NCBI GenBank assembly: GCA_951406725.2
Contig: OX597824.1
Location: forward strand, 6,200,001-6,264,000
Source: Octopus vulgaris
Lineage: Eukaryota
Direction of reading: 5' to 3'
Length of the DNA stretch: 64,000 nucleotides
Each line of letters begins with the position of its first letter. The first letter of the stretch is position 1. The notes beneath the pieces are model-generated. The model saw only the letters and a list, made by a program, of their open reading frames with translations. It did not search any database and had not been told where the DNA came from. The position numbers were made by a program, and so were the translations under genes. Below are positions 28,728-41,971 of the stretch, piece by piece.

Positions 28728-28918
28728 ATCGCTTCTCGGTCTTTTAGCTAAGGTCAAAGTGTAGTCTCTGTTCTTATCAGCTTAATATCTGACACGGTCC
28801 GTATTTGGGACCATCGATATTAAACTGATTTTTAGAACGAAGCAAAGAGTTGGGGGGCTTGCTCCGCCTTTGCCACGGGTTGGCCTGGTATAGTAGTACT
28901 TCCAGGATTCAGCCCATC
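28728..28918 (+). pseudogene. U2: U2 spliceosomal snRNA, full-length retro-pseudogene
   Basis: ATCGCTTCTCGG..TTTT.GCTAAG.TCAAAGTGTAGT.TCTGTTCTTATCAGCTTAATATCTGA; Sm site ATTTTTAG; stem-loops III and IV present; branch-recognition GTAGTA changed to GTAGTC, non-compensatory stem I change, SINE sequence where the promoter should be. Confidence 0.93.
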
Positions 28919-29889
28919 TTCCACCCAGGAGATCAAAATAAAATAAAATTCTTCTTCGGTGGGAGTTGAACTCCAAAGGTAAAGAACCGGAACATATAAT
29001 ACAATACATTTTATCCGATTAGAAAATTACTATTTTTAAGTCTCACAACGAGATATACAGCGACAGTACTTTGTAGTAAAGGTTGTTTGCCAACATAACA
29101 TGGCAGTCCCTTGTTCGAAAATATAAGGACACAGATCATGTCGTATAGCCAGCTGGAGACGATGTCTCCTGGGGTTAAATTACAGCAACATTCGTCCTAA
29201 GCCAGGAACTCGATTTTATATTTCGATGTTTGAATAAGTTGTTAGTGTCATCTGCTAGAAATACTTTAGTTCTATAAATCAATAATATGCCAAGACGCAT
29301 TTTCTTCTCGGAGGTAAAGGTGGAATTACCATTAGACAGAAACCAGTAGTCTGATTTTCTCGCGTCTCTGTGATGACAGTATGTTAGATATATCCGTTAA
29401 AGTCTTAATATATGCCTTACGAAAGTCAGAAATGCATTAATTTATCTAAAGTTACAGGCAATATTAATGATAAATTGTCCAATTCTTGAACAGGATTTAC
29501 ATTTGAATATATGTAAGTATTCTCCTTACCACTAAAAGATCGAATTAATTCCTATATAATGTTTAAAGTAATCAACCATCCTGAATCCTGGAAAACTTAG
29601 TCAAAAATTTTATCAAGTGGATTAGCAATATCTATTTTGATGAAGAAGATCTGGGCCGTATCTTTTATAATTATGATAAAGTTTTGGCAGATTCTGGTAT
29701 TAAGACAAAATACATCCCAACCTCCAACTCCCTCAGTATAAGGCACACAAAGAGTGTATGAAAAAATTATCTCAATCAATGAATCTTGTTTCTAATATAG
29801 ATATAACTGGAAAAGAACTGAATCTAATTCCCTATAAAATCTATTTTTCCTCACTATCCAATTATTTTTTAAAGATAATTGAACTGCTT

Positions 29890-30290
29890 GCTCACTCCAA
29901 TATGATTCTCTTCATTTCACCTGCAAACTGATGCAAACCTTCACTTGTATATGATGCCCAGATCTCACGAAACTCTCTATCTCACTATTGGGACCGGCGG
30001 CTTCTCACCAGACTAATCTTCTTAACGTGTTTTGATGGAGCTTTCCTGACTCGCACTATGGTTCTTTGGTGTGCATCACAGCACGGGTTTACTCCAACAA
30101 TTCGTCTCCAATACATCAATGATATATATACCATCATCCCAAACAGCGCTCAATCCTATAACAGAAAATAGTACTCTACATTTCTCCAATGTTCTCCATA
30201 CTCAGGCCCCATACGCAAATTGACGCCTACTCCATGAAAGCCGACAGCATCATTGCACTACTTGAACCCAAAATCTTTTTGCAACTGTAA
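29890..30290 (-). mobile_element. Degenerate RTE-like LINE fragment
   Basis: Minus-strand AYGA*VW (LYGAExW), MYWRRIVGV (MxCLRRIxGV) and RLVW (RLRWxGH) in the expected order. Confidence 0.4.
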
Positions 30291-30796
30291 CCCTCAACGT
30301 TATATATTTTAAGATGTTGTGCCTCTTCTGATGAAAATATAACCTCAACAAAGACAAAGAGTTTCGCCAAGGCAGGCTCTTAATATTACAGAGAATTAAT
30401 CATGCATATGAGTAGTTAACCCTCAACAAACCTCGCTGACATTGATATTTACAAATGAATACACCTTTTACATGTGTGACAAAGTTTCCCCTTCGTTCAT
30501 ACACAATGGAGAAAGCATGTAAATAAAGCCAGCATCAACACAACATCCATGTTAATGCTTGTCTTGATAATTAGCGTATGCAGTTGTGAATGAATTTAGA
30601 AATGAAACGAGGCATGGTATTTAGTGGATTCGAACATCAGCGACAAAAGGAGTAAGCATGCATGCAGCTGTAGGTATATTAACGCTATCCACGTTGCTCT
30701 TTGAAACATGTTATGCATATTTGCATTCGTTATATTAAATACATACTTAGCATGTGTAGATACAAGCATGAATATTTCATCCGTATATTCTTCACA

Positions 30797-30874
<78 letters not shown>

Positions 30875-32116
30875 GGGAGAGAGAGAGACTGAGAGTCAAA
30901 TAAAAGTGCGCGACTGATGGTGTGCGTGTGTGCGTGTGTGCTTGTGTGTATACATGTATAATTACATATATATGTATGCCAATGTTTGTTTGTGTGTGTG
31001 TATGTGTACATGAAAGGTGTTACAATTTTGACACATTTCTTAGTTGTTGAAGAATGTATCGATAAACATAATTATAATTGTTAGATTCAGTTTGTTCTGT
31101 CACTTTGTCAAAAGTTCCATCAGACTGACGGTAGGGGGCTGCATACGCAATACGTGTTTGCTGAGCAAGTGTGTAATGATCACAGTATTTTTGACTTCAC
31201 TAATTGTTAGTTTCAATGGGAGGTTTTACCTTGCAATCAAGTAGATTCCAAACTTCTAAAGACATCTATGTATATTTGATTGGTTGAGCTTGTCCCGCAT
31301 GAGAAACGCTAAATGCCAGCCCTGGGTTAGTTCTGCTACAAATAAACACAGTTCTAAAGTATTGAACGATATTTTCGTTTAGTGATGTTTCGACTGGTTC
31401 ACTCTGAAATCAAATGTAATTTTGGAATTAAAAGGAATACATTCGAGTGATAGAATTCCTTTCATCTACAAACAATGCACAGAGAACCATTTACCAAACA
31501 AAGAACTACTTGTGTGGGGAAAGTATTAATTTTCTATACGGAAAACATTTAGTTTCTATTTAATTGCATTCTGCCTCCTCCAATGACAAACATAATATTT
31601 ATTTTTAATATGGAATTTTATACGGAAATTTGTACATTTCTAATATCGCATTTCATTTAATTTCTTTTGGTTTTTTTTTCTTCCTAACCAAGGTGAGGCT
31701 CCGGCTTGAGAGTTCAGGTGTTTTGAAGAGTATGAATTATCTCTATAGTTATCCCTGCTCTTGGTCCCCTCTGGATAGGAGTGGATGACTATTTATAAAT
31801 AGCTTCGGATATGATGCCAAATTGCAGAAGATGGACTTTTGGCTATGACACACAGGACTCGGAGAAGGGCCGGCCACGACAAATGTTTTGGACATCCCCA
31901 CCAGTGCCTGGCGAAGCCTTGATGTGATGTGAAACAGTAACCCTACCTAAGGGTTACATAAATCTTTCCCCCGCGCCTGTAAGGATGTGAGGGAAAGACA
32001 CTGACAGTGAATGCCGTGTTTGACCGCACAGCAAGCAACGGGAAATAAGTATTCTTTCCTAAGCGAAGTCACAGACATTCAGATAATGGCATCCGATCCT
32101 ATGGTCTCCAATACTT

Positions 32117-32612
<496 letters not shown>

Positions 32613-33259
32613 TAAATCAACTGTAGTGTGATTTCCTTTCTGGCATATTGTAAGTGTAATTTTCATAAGCGCACATTTGACTAAATATATAAAACCAGAA
32701 AGGATGTTTCCCCTTCTATGAAGTCCAGAATCCATGTGCATATATAACTGTGCCAGCCTCTGCAACGATAGTGACAATGTCTTAATTGTTTTGATTGCTA
32801 ATTTTCAGGTGAAATCAAAAGAGATAGAACATCAGTCATGGAAGCATTGCAAGAGATCAGTGAAAAGTTGTCAGGGTTTATTCAAAATTTTGCAACACAA
32901 CACAGTCCACGGTAGCGGCAGAGGGTCGAGGCTCATCTGCTAGAAAAAAAGAGGCTTTTCTGTGCTTAACGCCGACTTCATTTCAATAAGTTTTAAGTTT
33001 CCGACAACACTTGCTGAGGAGCAGTGAGGCCGCACATTGAATCAGGTTAAAACGAAACAAACTGCTTAATTACGAAGCCATGTTTTTGCCAATAACTGAC
33101 TGTATCTAGAAGACTTGCCATATTCTTGATTAACTGGAATTCCTCCAAAATAAAAGTAAATGAATACATATAAGTGTTTAGTATTTAAATAAGCTATGGT
33201 AGTTGGTGGCCGATAAATATTCGCTTTTTTCATAACCAATTTAATATAAGGTACAGTGC

Positions 33260-33430
33260 CTTGGGGTATTTACTCTGGAACCAAATGTTCTGAAATCAAA
33301 TCTTCACGAATTCAACTATTCTGTTTACCTCCAGGGTCACTGAAATAATTTCTAAGTCAGAAAGTGGATCGATGTAATCGACCAATCTACTCATCACGAA
33401 CTGTTGGGCCTTTGCCTGAATAAGAAAGTT
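33260..33430 (+). mobile_element. SINE family B, old degenerate copy
   Basis: tgttctgaaatcaaatc...gatcgatgtaatcgac...gggcctttgcctgaataagaaag. Confidence 0.55.
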
Positions 33431-33455
33431 TTTGTTAAAGTAAATACATATAATC

Positions 33456-33845
33456 TTTACTCTTTTACTCTTTTACTTGTTTCAGTCATTTGACTGCGGC
33501 CATGCTGGAGCACCACCTTTAGTCGAGCAAATCGACCCCGGGACTTATTCTTTGTAAGCCCAGTACTTATTCTATCGGTCTCTTTTGCCGAACCGCTAAG
33601 TAAACACACCAGCATCGGTTGTCAAGCGATGGTGGGGGGACAAACACATACACACAAACACACACACACATATACATATATACGACAGGCTTCTTTCAGT
33701 TTCCGTCTACCAAATCCACTCACAAGGCATTGGTCGGCCCGAGGCTATAGCAGAAGAGACTTGCCCAAGATGCCACGCAGTGGGACTGAACCCGGAACCA
33801 TGTGGTTGGTAAACAAGCTACTTACCACACAGCCACTCCTGCGCC
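33456..33845 (-). mobile_element. SINE family A, full length
   Basis: Reverse complement of the family A copies. Confidence 0.93.
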
Positions 33846-35147
33846 TATATATTTTACATATATTTTACTTCTTATAAAATTATTTTATTGAACGTCCCAA
33901 TATATCTTGTTAGACTCTTAGCTCATCACTCTTAATTTTAACCACTCCAGAAGCCGAGACACCAGGCGTAAGAAGCTTATCACCACCAACGTAGCTCTAG
34001 TTAAATGTGGTAGCAAAATCTATGTTTGTCACATTGATTTACCAAAAGGAAATAAAAACGTATTTGATATGATAAATTATACAGAAACAAACGAGAAAAA
34101 TGTCTGGGAAATTCATCTGCAGGTCTCTTCTTCGGGAAGATTATTAACGTCAGATGGCGAATGATTTACGGTTATAATGTCTATCACGATAGTTTTGCCA
34201 CTAATGTTTGAAAGGTAGTAATGCACAAACAAAAAGACAAAAAAAAAAAGAAACTTTTAATGTCAAATATAACGAACGTTGATTTTTATTTATTGATTAA
34301 TAAAGAAGATAAATTTATTGTCTCGAATTCGCAATTATATAAAATATTTCTTAATTATAATATGGTATTAACTTCATAAATTAGTATTATGAGCACGGCT
34401 CTAGGAAAAAAGTTGTTGCTAACATCTCATAAATATAATGATTACAATATATGTAATTTCACAATTCATGTTGCTGATCATTGCACGAACTTGGTTATTG
34501 ATTGTCGTATTTTTACGTTCATACTGATTAAATTAATTTTAAATTGATGATTTGTTATATAGTTTCTACTATTTTCTAATGTCCTGTAATTATTTACACT
34601 TTATAAATTCCCTCTACTAATTTTTAAAATCTCATGCGCTGCCAGAAATGCCGTGTCCGAGTGTGTAGTTATCTTCCCTACATACTCTCAGTGCAAATAA
34701 CAACAGATTCAATAATAAAATGCATAATATTATACTCCACACAGTACAAATCGCTTCAAGTATGTAATTGCTACGTATGAGCTAACATTTAATATCTAAC
34801 GTTTCATTTGTTACTGATAAAATACATGCTAATTAACGGAGGTCACAGATGGTAAAATTTCAAATGCAAATTATTTGAACATATAGAATGCTACCATTAA
34901 TATCAAATATATCAGGATAACATACAAATATTCCTTAAGCAAGTTAACATGACTTCAATTCTGCTTTCATTTCCAGAAATAGATGTTATATTAAATGCTG
35001 TTTAATTCAAGAAATTGCTGAAATTATTTCTCAGAAAAAAATTAATAAGTCATTTGCACTTATTTAGATTACAACGATCGCAGTTACGTTTCCTTTTCTT
35101 CATTAGGATTTCCGCTTTGCTGATATGTAGGACACCTATTTCCTCTA

Positions 35148-35312
35148 TCTTTACGTTGTGAGTTCGAATTCCGCCGAGGTCGACTTTGCCTTTCATCCTT
35201 TCGAAGTCGAGGAATTAAGCACCAGTTGCGTACTGGGGTCGATCTAATCGACTGACTGGCACCTCCCCCAAAATTTCGGGGGCCTTGTGGCTAGAGTAGA
35301 ACAGAACATTAT
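35148..35312 (+). mobile_element. SINE family B (alternative tail), 5'-truncated
   Basis: gagttcgaattccgccgaggtcgactttgcctttcatcctttcg...gccttgtggctagagtagaacagaacatt. Confidence 0.87.
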
Positions 35313-36499
35313 TTATATTTGTGACACACAATAAATGTCCAAGTGTATGTATTGATAATAATTTTAACCTCAATATTAAGATAATATTTCAACCAAATAT
35401 CTTAACTGAAGCCTCCCTTTACATAAAAAATGAGGTAAATAATATGTTTCAGTGAATCATTTCTTTTTATTCACATTTCAGAGTATTTCTATGCATTTTT
35501 TTTTTATTACACATAAGAAAAAAATAACAAAGAAATAATGAAACATTTCCATTATAAACACCAAAATCAACTGTTTTTCTGATTGAATATTTGTGTAAAA
35601 TAGTTTATCCATCTTCAAAACAAGCAGTTGCAAGTGGTAGAAAAAAAAGACAGCGTTCAATAAATCAAAATAGGTTTACGGCTGTGTTTCACTAAGTTTT
35701 AGAAATGTTGAAACTATTTTTATTACTTCTCTCTTTGTTCTGCCTGTGTCGCCGTCTCTATCTTCTTCCTGTGTCCCCGTATTTATCTTCTTCCTTTCAT
35801 TATATGTCTATGCTTCTCTTTCAAAGTGAAATATCTTTGGCTATTTCTCGTCTGGTCGCGTGCAAAGAAAATATTAACTTTGATAGAAAAAAAATAGGAA
35901 CCATACTTTTCCTTGTGTTGCGTAAGTGAACTCGATGAATACATTTATTTATGTGTTTTATTTTTTCCTTCTTATAAATATTTGGTAATTTTCTTGATCT
36001 GGGGATACCATGTGAGGGGCGAAATGATAGGAGACGGACGGACGGGCGGATGCAGAGACGGAGAGAGAAGTACAGTTCTTATTATAATATGGACTGTCTA
36101 TTATGAAATAGATTAATATGTATATTTCTCTCAAGCATCATCATTACCAATATTTAATTATGATTGAATATATAAATATATTGGCTTTGCTTGTTCTTTT
36201 GTATTGATGTGTTCATTTCATCTTTATATTAATTTTTGGCATAAAATTATACTCTTTATGCGTTATTCTTATAATATCAAAAGAAATTTATTCTACTATT
36301 CTTTTATATGAAAACTAATAATACTTCTGGTAAAATTGTTTCGTCGTGTAATAAACCAAATATATTACTACTTACATCTTTCAAAATGATTGTTGTTTGT
36401 ACAAATGAGTATATTTCACACAAAATCACAATGCTATTACTGAGAGCAACGTAACTGAGATAGAACCTCTATTTACTGCTTTTTACCATATTACACAAT

Positions 36500-36665
36500 G
36501 TCAGTTTAAATTCCAAAGAGGTCAATTTTGCCTTCCATTCTGCTTCGGTCGATACAATTATGTACCAGTGAAGGACTGAGTTTGATCAGATCGAGTGTTT
36601 CCTCCCAGCGAATAAGCAGTTTTGTGCATGATACTGCACCATATATCGCATATATTGATATCAGA
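36500..36665 (+). mobile_element. SINE family B, old degenerate copy
   Basis: tttaaattccaaagaggtcaattttgccttccattc...gtcgatacaattatgtaccag matches the family B core. Confidence 0.7.
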
Positions 36666-37436
36666 ATGTTACTGAGAACAGCTTTCGCATTTGTATATCC
36701 TTTCTTTTCGCCATCGTCTAAATGATAATCGTAATTTACAGACAAGAGTATTGAAATCTATTTTCATTCCTATTGTGAGATCAGTATTCTTCACACAAAA
36801 ATATACAATAGGAACCCGACGTCCGTCTTCGTTCAGAACACATCATGTCTCCATAGTCGTACTACAGAACATATCTATCAATAAACCAATATATATTATA
36901 TCTTTCAGATTGTGATAAAGGCTTAGAGACGGTATCAAATATGACTTGGGGAAAGCCAGAATTGGTTTATCCTAAGACTTGTCGTTTTCCTATTCTAAAC
37001 AATAAAACTCAAACTTTTTCTATTCACCATCAGTCCTGCTATCATCACAAAAGGAAAAAAAATACAACGGTGATGAGAAAATAGAGAAATATTGACTAAA
37101 AGACTTTTAGCTGCAACTATATAACCAGCCGTGGGATTATTGATGGGTTTATTTCTCAAAGTATTTTATGTGAACGCAGAAATTTTTAAGAACTTATTAT
37201 TTATTATTTGTAATCTACTGCTGCACCGTGAAGAATAGAGAACGAGATAACTATTGATAGGACGAGATTTATACATTGATTTGTTACATTTGTATGTATA
37301 TGTATGCGTGTGCATGTCTGTGCGTGTATATATATATATATTCATGTGTGTGTGTGTTTGTATATATATATAGATAATATATTGAGGGCATTGTTAGTTC
37401 ATATATATTGTATATCTATATACGCATATATATGCG

Positions 37437-37467
<31 letters not shown>

Positions 37468-37468
37468 C

Positions 37469-37513
<45 letters not shown>

Positions 37514-37564
37514 GAAACTGTTTGGTAACATGATGATTTAGCGGTATAAAAGTAAATTTATGAT

Positions 37565-37835
37565 ACCGCTAGGTTACTGGAACGTAAACACACCAACACC
37601 GGTTTTCAAACGATGGAGCAGGAACACTCACAGACACACACATACACTCACACACACAAACACACACACATACATATATACGACGCGCTCCTTTCAGTTT
37701 CCGTCTACCAAATCCACTCACAAGAATTTGGTCGGTCGGAGGCTATAGCAGAAGACATGCCCAAAGTTCCACACAGTGGGACTGAACCTGGAACCACGTT
37801 GTTAAGAAGCAAGCTTCCAACTACACAGCCATGCA
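37565..37835 (-). mobile_element. SINE family A, 3'-truncated diverged copy
   Basis: tttcagtttccgtctaccaaatccactcacaag...gggactgaacctggaaccac. Confidence 0.85.
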
Positions 37836-37836
37836 C

Positions 37837-37890
<54 letters not shown>

Positions 37891-38654
37891 AAAAATTATC
37901 GGCGCCCACACAAACATGTGAAGTGAATGTGGGAGTGTATGTGTGTGGGGAGAGAGCAGAATGCGTCTATTGATTGTTTGTTTCAGTTAGTGTTGTTGTT
38001 GTACATCCTAATTAATGGTTAATTAAAATTTCAGGATACTCCATTTTTTTGTTTAATGTGATATCAATGTGTTTACACGACTTAATAATCTAAAAGAATA
38101 GGTTTCATTTTGTCTACCTGGGAAAAAGATCGCAGCAGCACAGATGAATGACTAAAGAAACAAACTCACACAATAACAGGTAGAATGAAACACACAGGAG
38201 GAAATGTTATTAATAAATGAATGAAACAGAAATATGTAAGATAAGGAAGCCATCAAGAAGATGCGAAAAGAAAGGGAAGCTGAGAAAATAATTATGAGAT
38301 TAGTGTTAAAGGTAAAATAAATTCGGTTTAAAGTTAATATACGAATATACGCAATTAGACATTTGGGTGTTTATCTGTATGTGCGTGTGAGAAAGTGTAA
38401 GACACGCACGTATAATTAGGTTTGTTTGTAACAACACTGTATCGAGTTCGTTCCTTCAGCTCAGCAACTAGTGTACCTCTCTTTGTATCACCTCGTTGAC
38501 CCACGCGTTGTGGGTGAATATGTTAGTTAGTTAGTTAGTTAATTTGGCTCAAAAGCAAATAGCAAGGCCATGTAGGGGGACATGGAGTTGTATCGAACTG
38601 TTGTATATATATATATATATATATATATATGCCTCTCTTTCTCTCTCTCTCTCC

Positions 38655-38686
<32 letters not shown>

Positions 38687-38793
38687 GTATATACCTATAT
38701 ACACATGCATATACACACACACACATATATATATATATATGCCTCTCTTTTCTCTCTCTCTCCATATATATATATATATATATATACATATGT

Positions 38794-38824
<31 letters not shown>

Positions 38825-38989
38825 CACACACACATATATATATATATGCCGTTATGTATATGTCTGGTCTAAAGCCGAAGTCGTATAATTTTTCAACTAA
38901 GTGACAGGAATCCATTACGGTCAGGTAGTATATGACCAAAGAAATATTACAATCCGGGTTGGCGAGGACGGATTTTGTCCACTAGACCA

Positions 38990-39830
38990 GTCCATATGGA
39001 TCAAAAAGTGAGAACGGGGAATCTGATCGATGAATGGGAACTCCCATGCTTGAGCAGGTAGCATGAGAGATCGATGCAGTGGTTGTAAAGTTTTTGATGA
39101 GGGTTCGATAATCTTGGTTCCAGAGAGTCTTTAAGGATCCTTGCTCGCTCAGTTATGCAAAGCTTACAGCGTCCGCTCTTGTTTATATAGGATTCCGGTT
39201 GCTCTATGACCCCCCCCACTTGATAACGTATGGGGTCTCTTCATCTATGAGGTGTCACTCGAATTGTCTGTCAGGATCCTGAAAGAGGACTAGTGGTTGT
39301 AAAGGCGCCACTTGAAGGCAGTTCCGGCTGACCCGATATATTTCCGGTTTGAGTGTTGTTTGTGTTCACATTACTGGTGTTTATCTTCTAACCTGACGAA
39401 TATTCTTCCTAAACAAGTTTTTACTTTGAGTGAGAAGGGTAGGGCAAACCAAACGGCGTTCTGGCAGCCCTTACCTTTGTGAATGCTAAGGCATGGCATA
39501 TAGGAGACCCATCCTTAAACTCACTGGACGCCAACGCCTCATTGTAATAGGGGACTGCGGAGTCGAAAATTTCTTGACTTGGGGATAACTTCGAGATCCT
39601 CTTGCTGACTCCCTTCGCTATTTTTTTGAAAACTATCGAGGGTGGTAGGGGTTGTGATGATGTAAGGATAGCCTCGCGTTTGGCTTATCGTTGCGCAGGT
39701 GTGTACCACGGTGGTGAGGTTGGTGCCGATAGTAATTTTGAGTCCCATGGAGCTTAGGGTGCTAATCAGCCTGTCAAGTGTGTGCCCGTTGGCTCCTCTA
39801 CAGAGGGCCAGAGCATCATCTCTGGAGATC
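38990..39830 (-). mobile_element. Penelope-like element relic (Nematis-like RT and GIY-YIG C-terminus)
   Basis: SRDDALAL..GANGHTLDRL...MGLKITIGTNLTTV (YRDDGL...GLxITIxTNL) and SYINKSGRCKLCITERARIL...LSNPHQKLYNHCID (RCxLCLxEK...LLNKRSEL...CRH); frameshifted with deletions. Confidence 0.8.
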
Positions 39831-40663
39831 GATATGGAATGAAGGGAACTTATTTTGTATAAAGTTTCTATAACGCTGTGATACACGGTGTGTTCAATTT
39901 TGTGTTAAGCATTTATGTATTATGTGTGGCATTTGTGATTTGTGTAATTTACCGGGTGTTGTATCTCGTGTATATGTTGTGATATTGTTCTTCTAATACC
40001 AAGTGATATAACGAATAATAACTGTGTTATGTTTAAAATACCTACAAACGAATAATGTAAAAACGTAAGAAGTTAAACCTTAAATTAATATCTATTTGAA
40101 AACCAGAAAAACGATTGTGAACGGCTTGTGCACAATCATCAATAAATAATTTAGTAAAATATATGACTTTAGGATGTTGAGTTGAAGATTATTCTCATCT
40201 TTTCCATGTATTGATCGTTGTTTTGCGGGTGTGAGGGTTCTGCCTAGAAGTTATGTCTAAAATAGTAGAGGTGCAAAAGTGTATAAATAACAAAATATTG
40301 TGATAAAAATCTTGACACGAAAGAAAATATCATTTTACAAACGAACATACAGAGGCGAATAGAAAAATATTGACAAAAAGTCTCTTCCATAAAGAACATA
40401 TTGGAACAGAATCAGAGAATTGTTTTTTTAGTAGAATAAAAATAAATATGTTTAAGAATAATAGATTCCAACATCAAGTGTCATGTTGAAACAAGAAAAT
40501 TATTATAGAAAAAGATATATTTCGTTAGGTGTTACGAAAAATAAACAGCTTCAATTGAAAAAATAGTACCACCGATTACACTTGGTTGTATTTTGAGGTC
40601 TTGATTTTCTCGGCTGTTTCTATGTTTTTTGCATGCTGAATTCCGAAATGTAATTCGTTTTCC

Positions 40664-40832
40664 AGTTCTATATTTAAGAGATGAGGAATTATGTACATTA
40701 TTTACATTATTTACATTTGACGGATATTTATCCTCATGGTGTTTGTTGTTAACACAACGTTTCGGCTGATATACCCTCCAGCCTTCATCAGGTGTCTTGA
40801 GGAAATTTCGAACCTGGGGTCTCATTTCTAAG

Positions 40833-40928
<96 letters not shown>

Positions 40929-40968
40929 TCACTGCATGGAGTCGAACTCGGAATCTTGGAGTCAGTAG
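40664..40968 (-). mobile_element. Short non-autonomous element: tRNA-like head, (AAT)n, hammerhead ribozyme
   Basis: Minus strand: ...ccaagattccGAGTTCGACTCC (B box, 40938-40949), (AAT)n, hammerhead, terminal atgagga/tcctcat stem; interrupts the Chapaev subterminal repeat. Confidence 0.75.
40751..40796 (-). ncRNA. Minimal type I hammerhead ribozyme
   Basis: GACAC-CUGAUGA-A-GGCUG(GAGGGUAUAU)CAGCC-GAAA-C-GUU-GUGUU: intact core, 5-bp stem II, stem I GACAC/GUGUU, palindromic AACGUU in place of stem III. Confidence 0.85.
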
Positions 40969-41713
40969 ATTATCGTAAAGTAAGTGCTTTCTCAGGAAAT
41001 TTATATATTCTCAATATCAAGTCTTTTAACAAAAAAAAACAAAACACCAAACGAATAACACTTTTCGACAGCCTGTACAAGTATTTCATATATTTTATTT
41101 ATGAAGACATTTATAAAATATAGGTAATGTGAAAAACAAAGTTGTAGAATATAGCGCCAGATCTGGCAACATTGCATTCCGTGTTGCCTCGTGGAACAGG
41201 AATTCTAATTCCAACACCGCCACAAATCTTCGATGATGAAATACAGGGTGGTGACGTATTGGTACATACCAACCTCCGACACAAGTTAACCCGAACACCA
41301 GAACCAAGGTGAGTTAAACGATGTGACACGAGATTTGGGCTTGTGTCAAGAATCTGCTCAGATTCTAGGATCAGGTCTTAGCGAAAATCATTTGTGATCT
41401 CCAGAAACAACATTTATCTGATACCAGAAGTGTGTCAACGGGTTTCGAGAATGTTTCAGTGCGGACCAAGAAGTTTCGCTGGTTTACTGTGATAAGGGAA
41501 ACGGCGTCAATGCAGCTATGGCTTTAGCATATGGTCCTAGAGAATGGCGGCTCTTTATTTACTCTTCGACCAGAATCTTGAAAGCAGTACTTTTCATCAT
41601 CTGTTCCTGTGGACTACTCAGTTAAGAAGACTGAAAACTCTAGAAACATAGAGCTATTGCCGACTGCTTTGAGGTACAAAGACTACCACTGGCTGATTTG
41701 TGGAGACCTGAAG

Positions 41714-41971
41714 GTATGTTTTGCAAATATTGGTACTTTATTTTCTGTGCAAGTTCTTAATATTCTGACTAAATTCCATCATTTAACTTCCATTTAGTAG
41801 TACCTACATTATTTTTCAGGCTGCTTAACATATTTGGCTTGTTTGCAATTTTTGTTTAAAGTGTGCACTACATTTTGAACTGAAAAATTAAAGTATGCAT
41901 ACAAATAAGAATTTATAATTAAAATGGTATAAGATTTAAAGCAAAAATGTGCGTTTCATTTTAAGTTTTAG
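41714..41971 (+). other. Phase-0 spliceosomal intron in the Chapaev transposase
   Basis: CTGAAG|gtatgt ... ttttag|ATTGTG; removal restores CGDLK-IVSMVLG; AT-rich interior. Confidence 0.8.

Noticed and set aside
28728-28918. Functional U2 gene
   Set aside because: Promoter position occupied by a SINE fragment, flanking TSD, and mutations at normally invariant positions
36506-36745. Protein-looking 79-aa ORF (DDGEKKGYTNAKAVLS...)
   Set aside because: Largely the antisense of a degenerate SINE B copy
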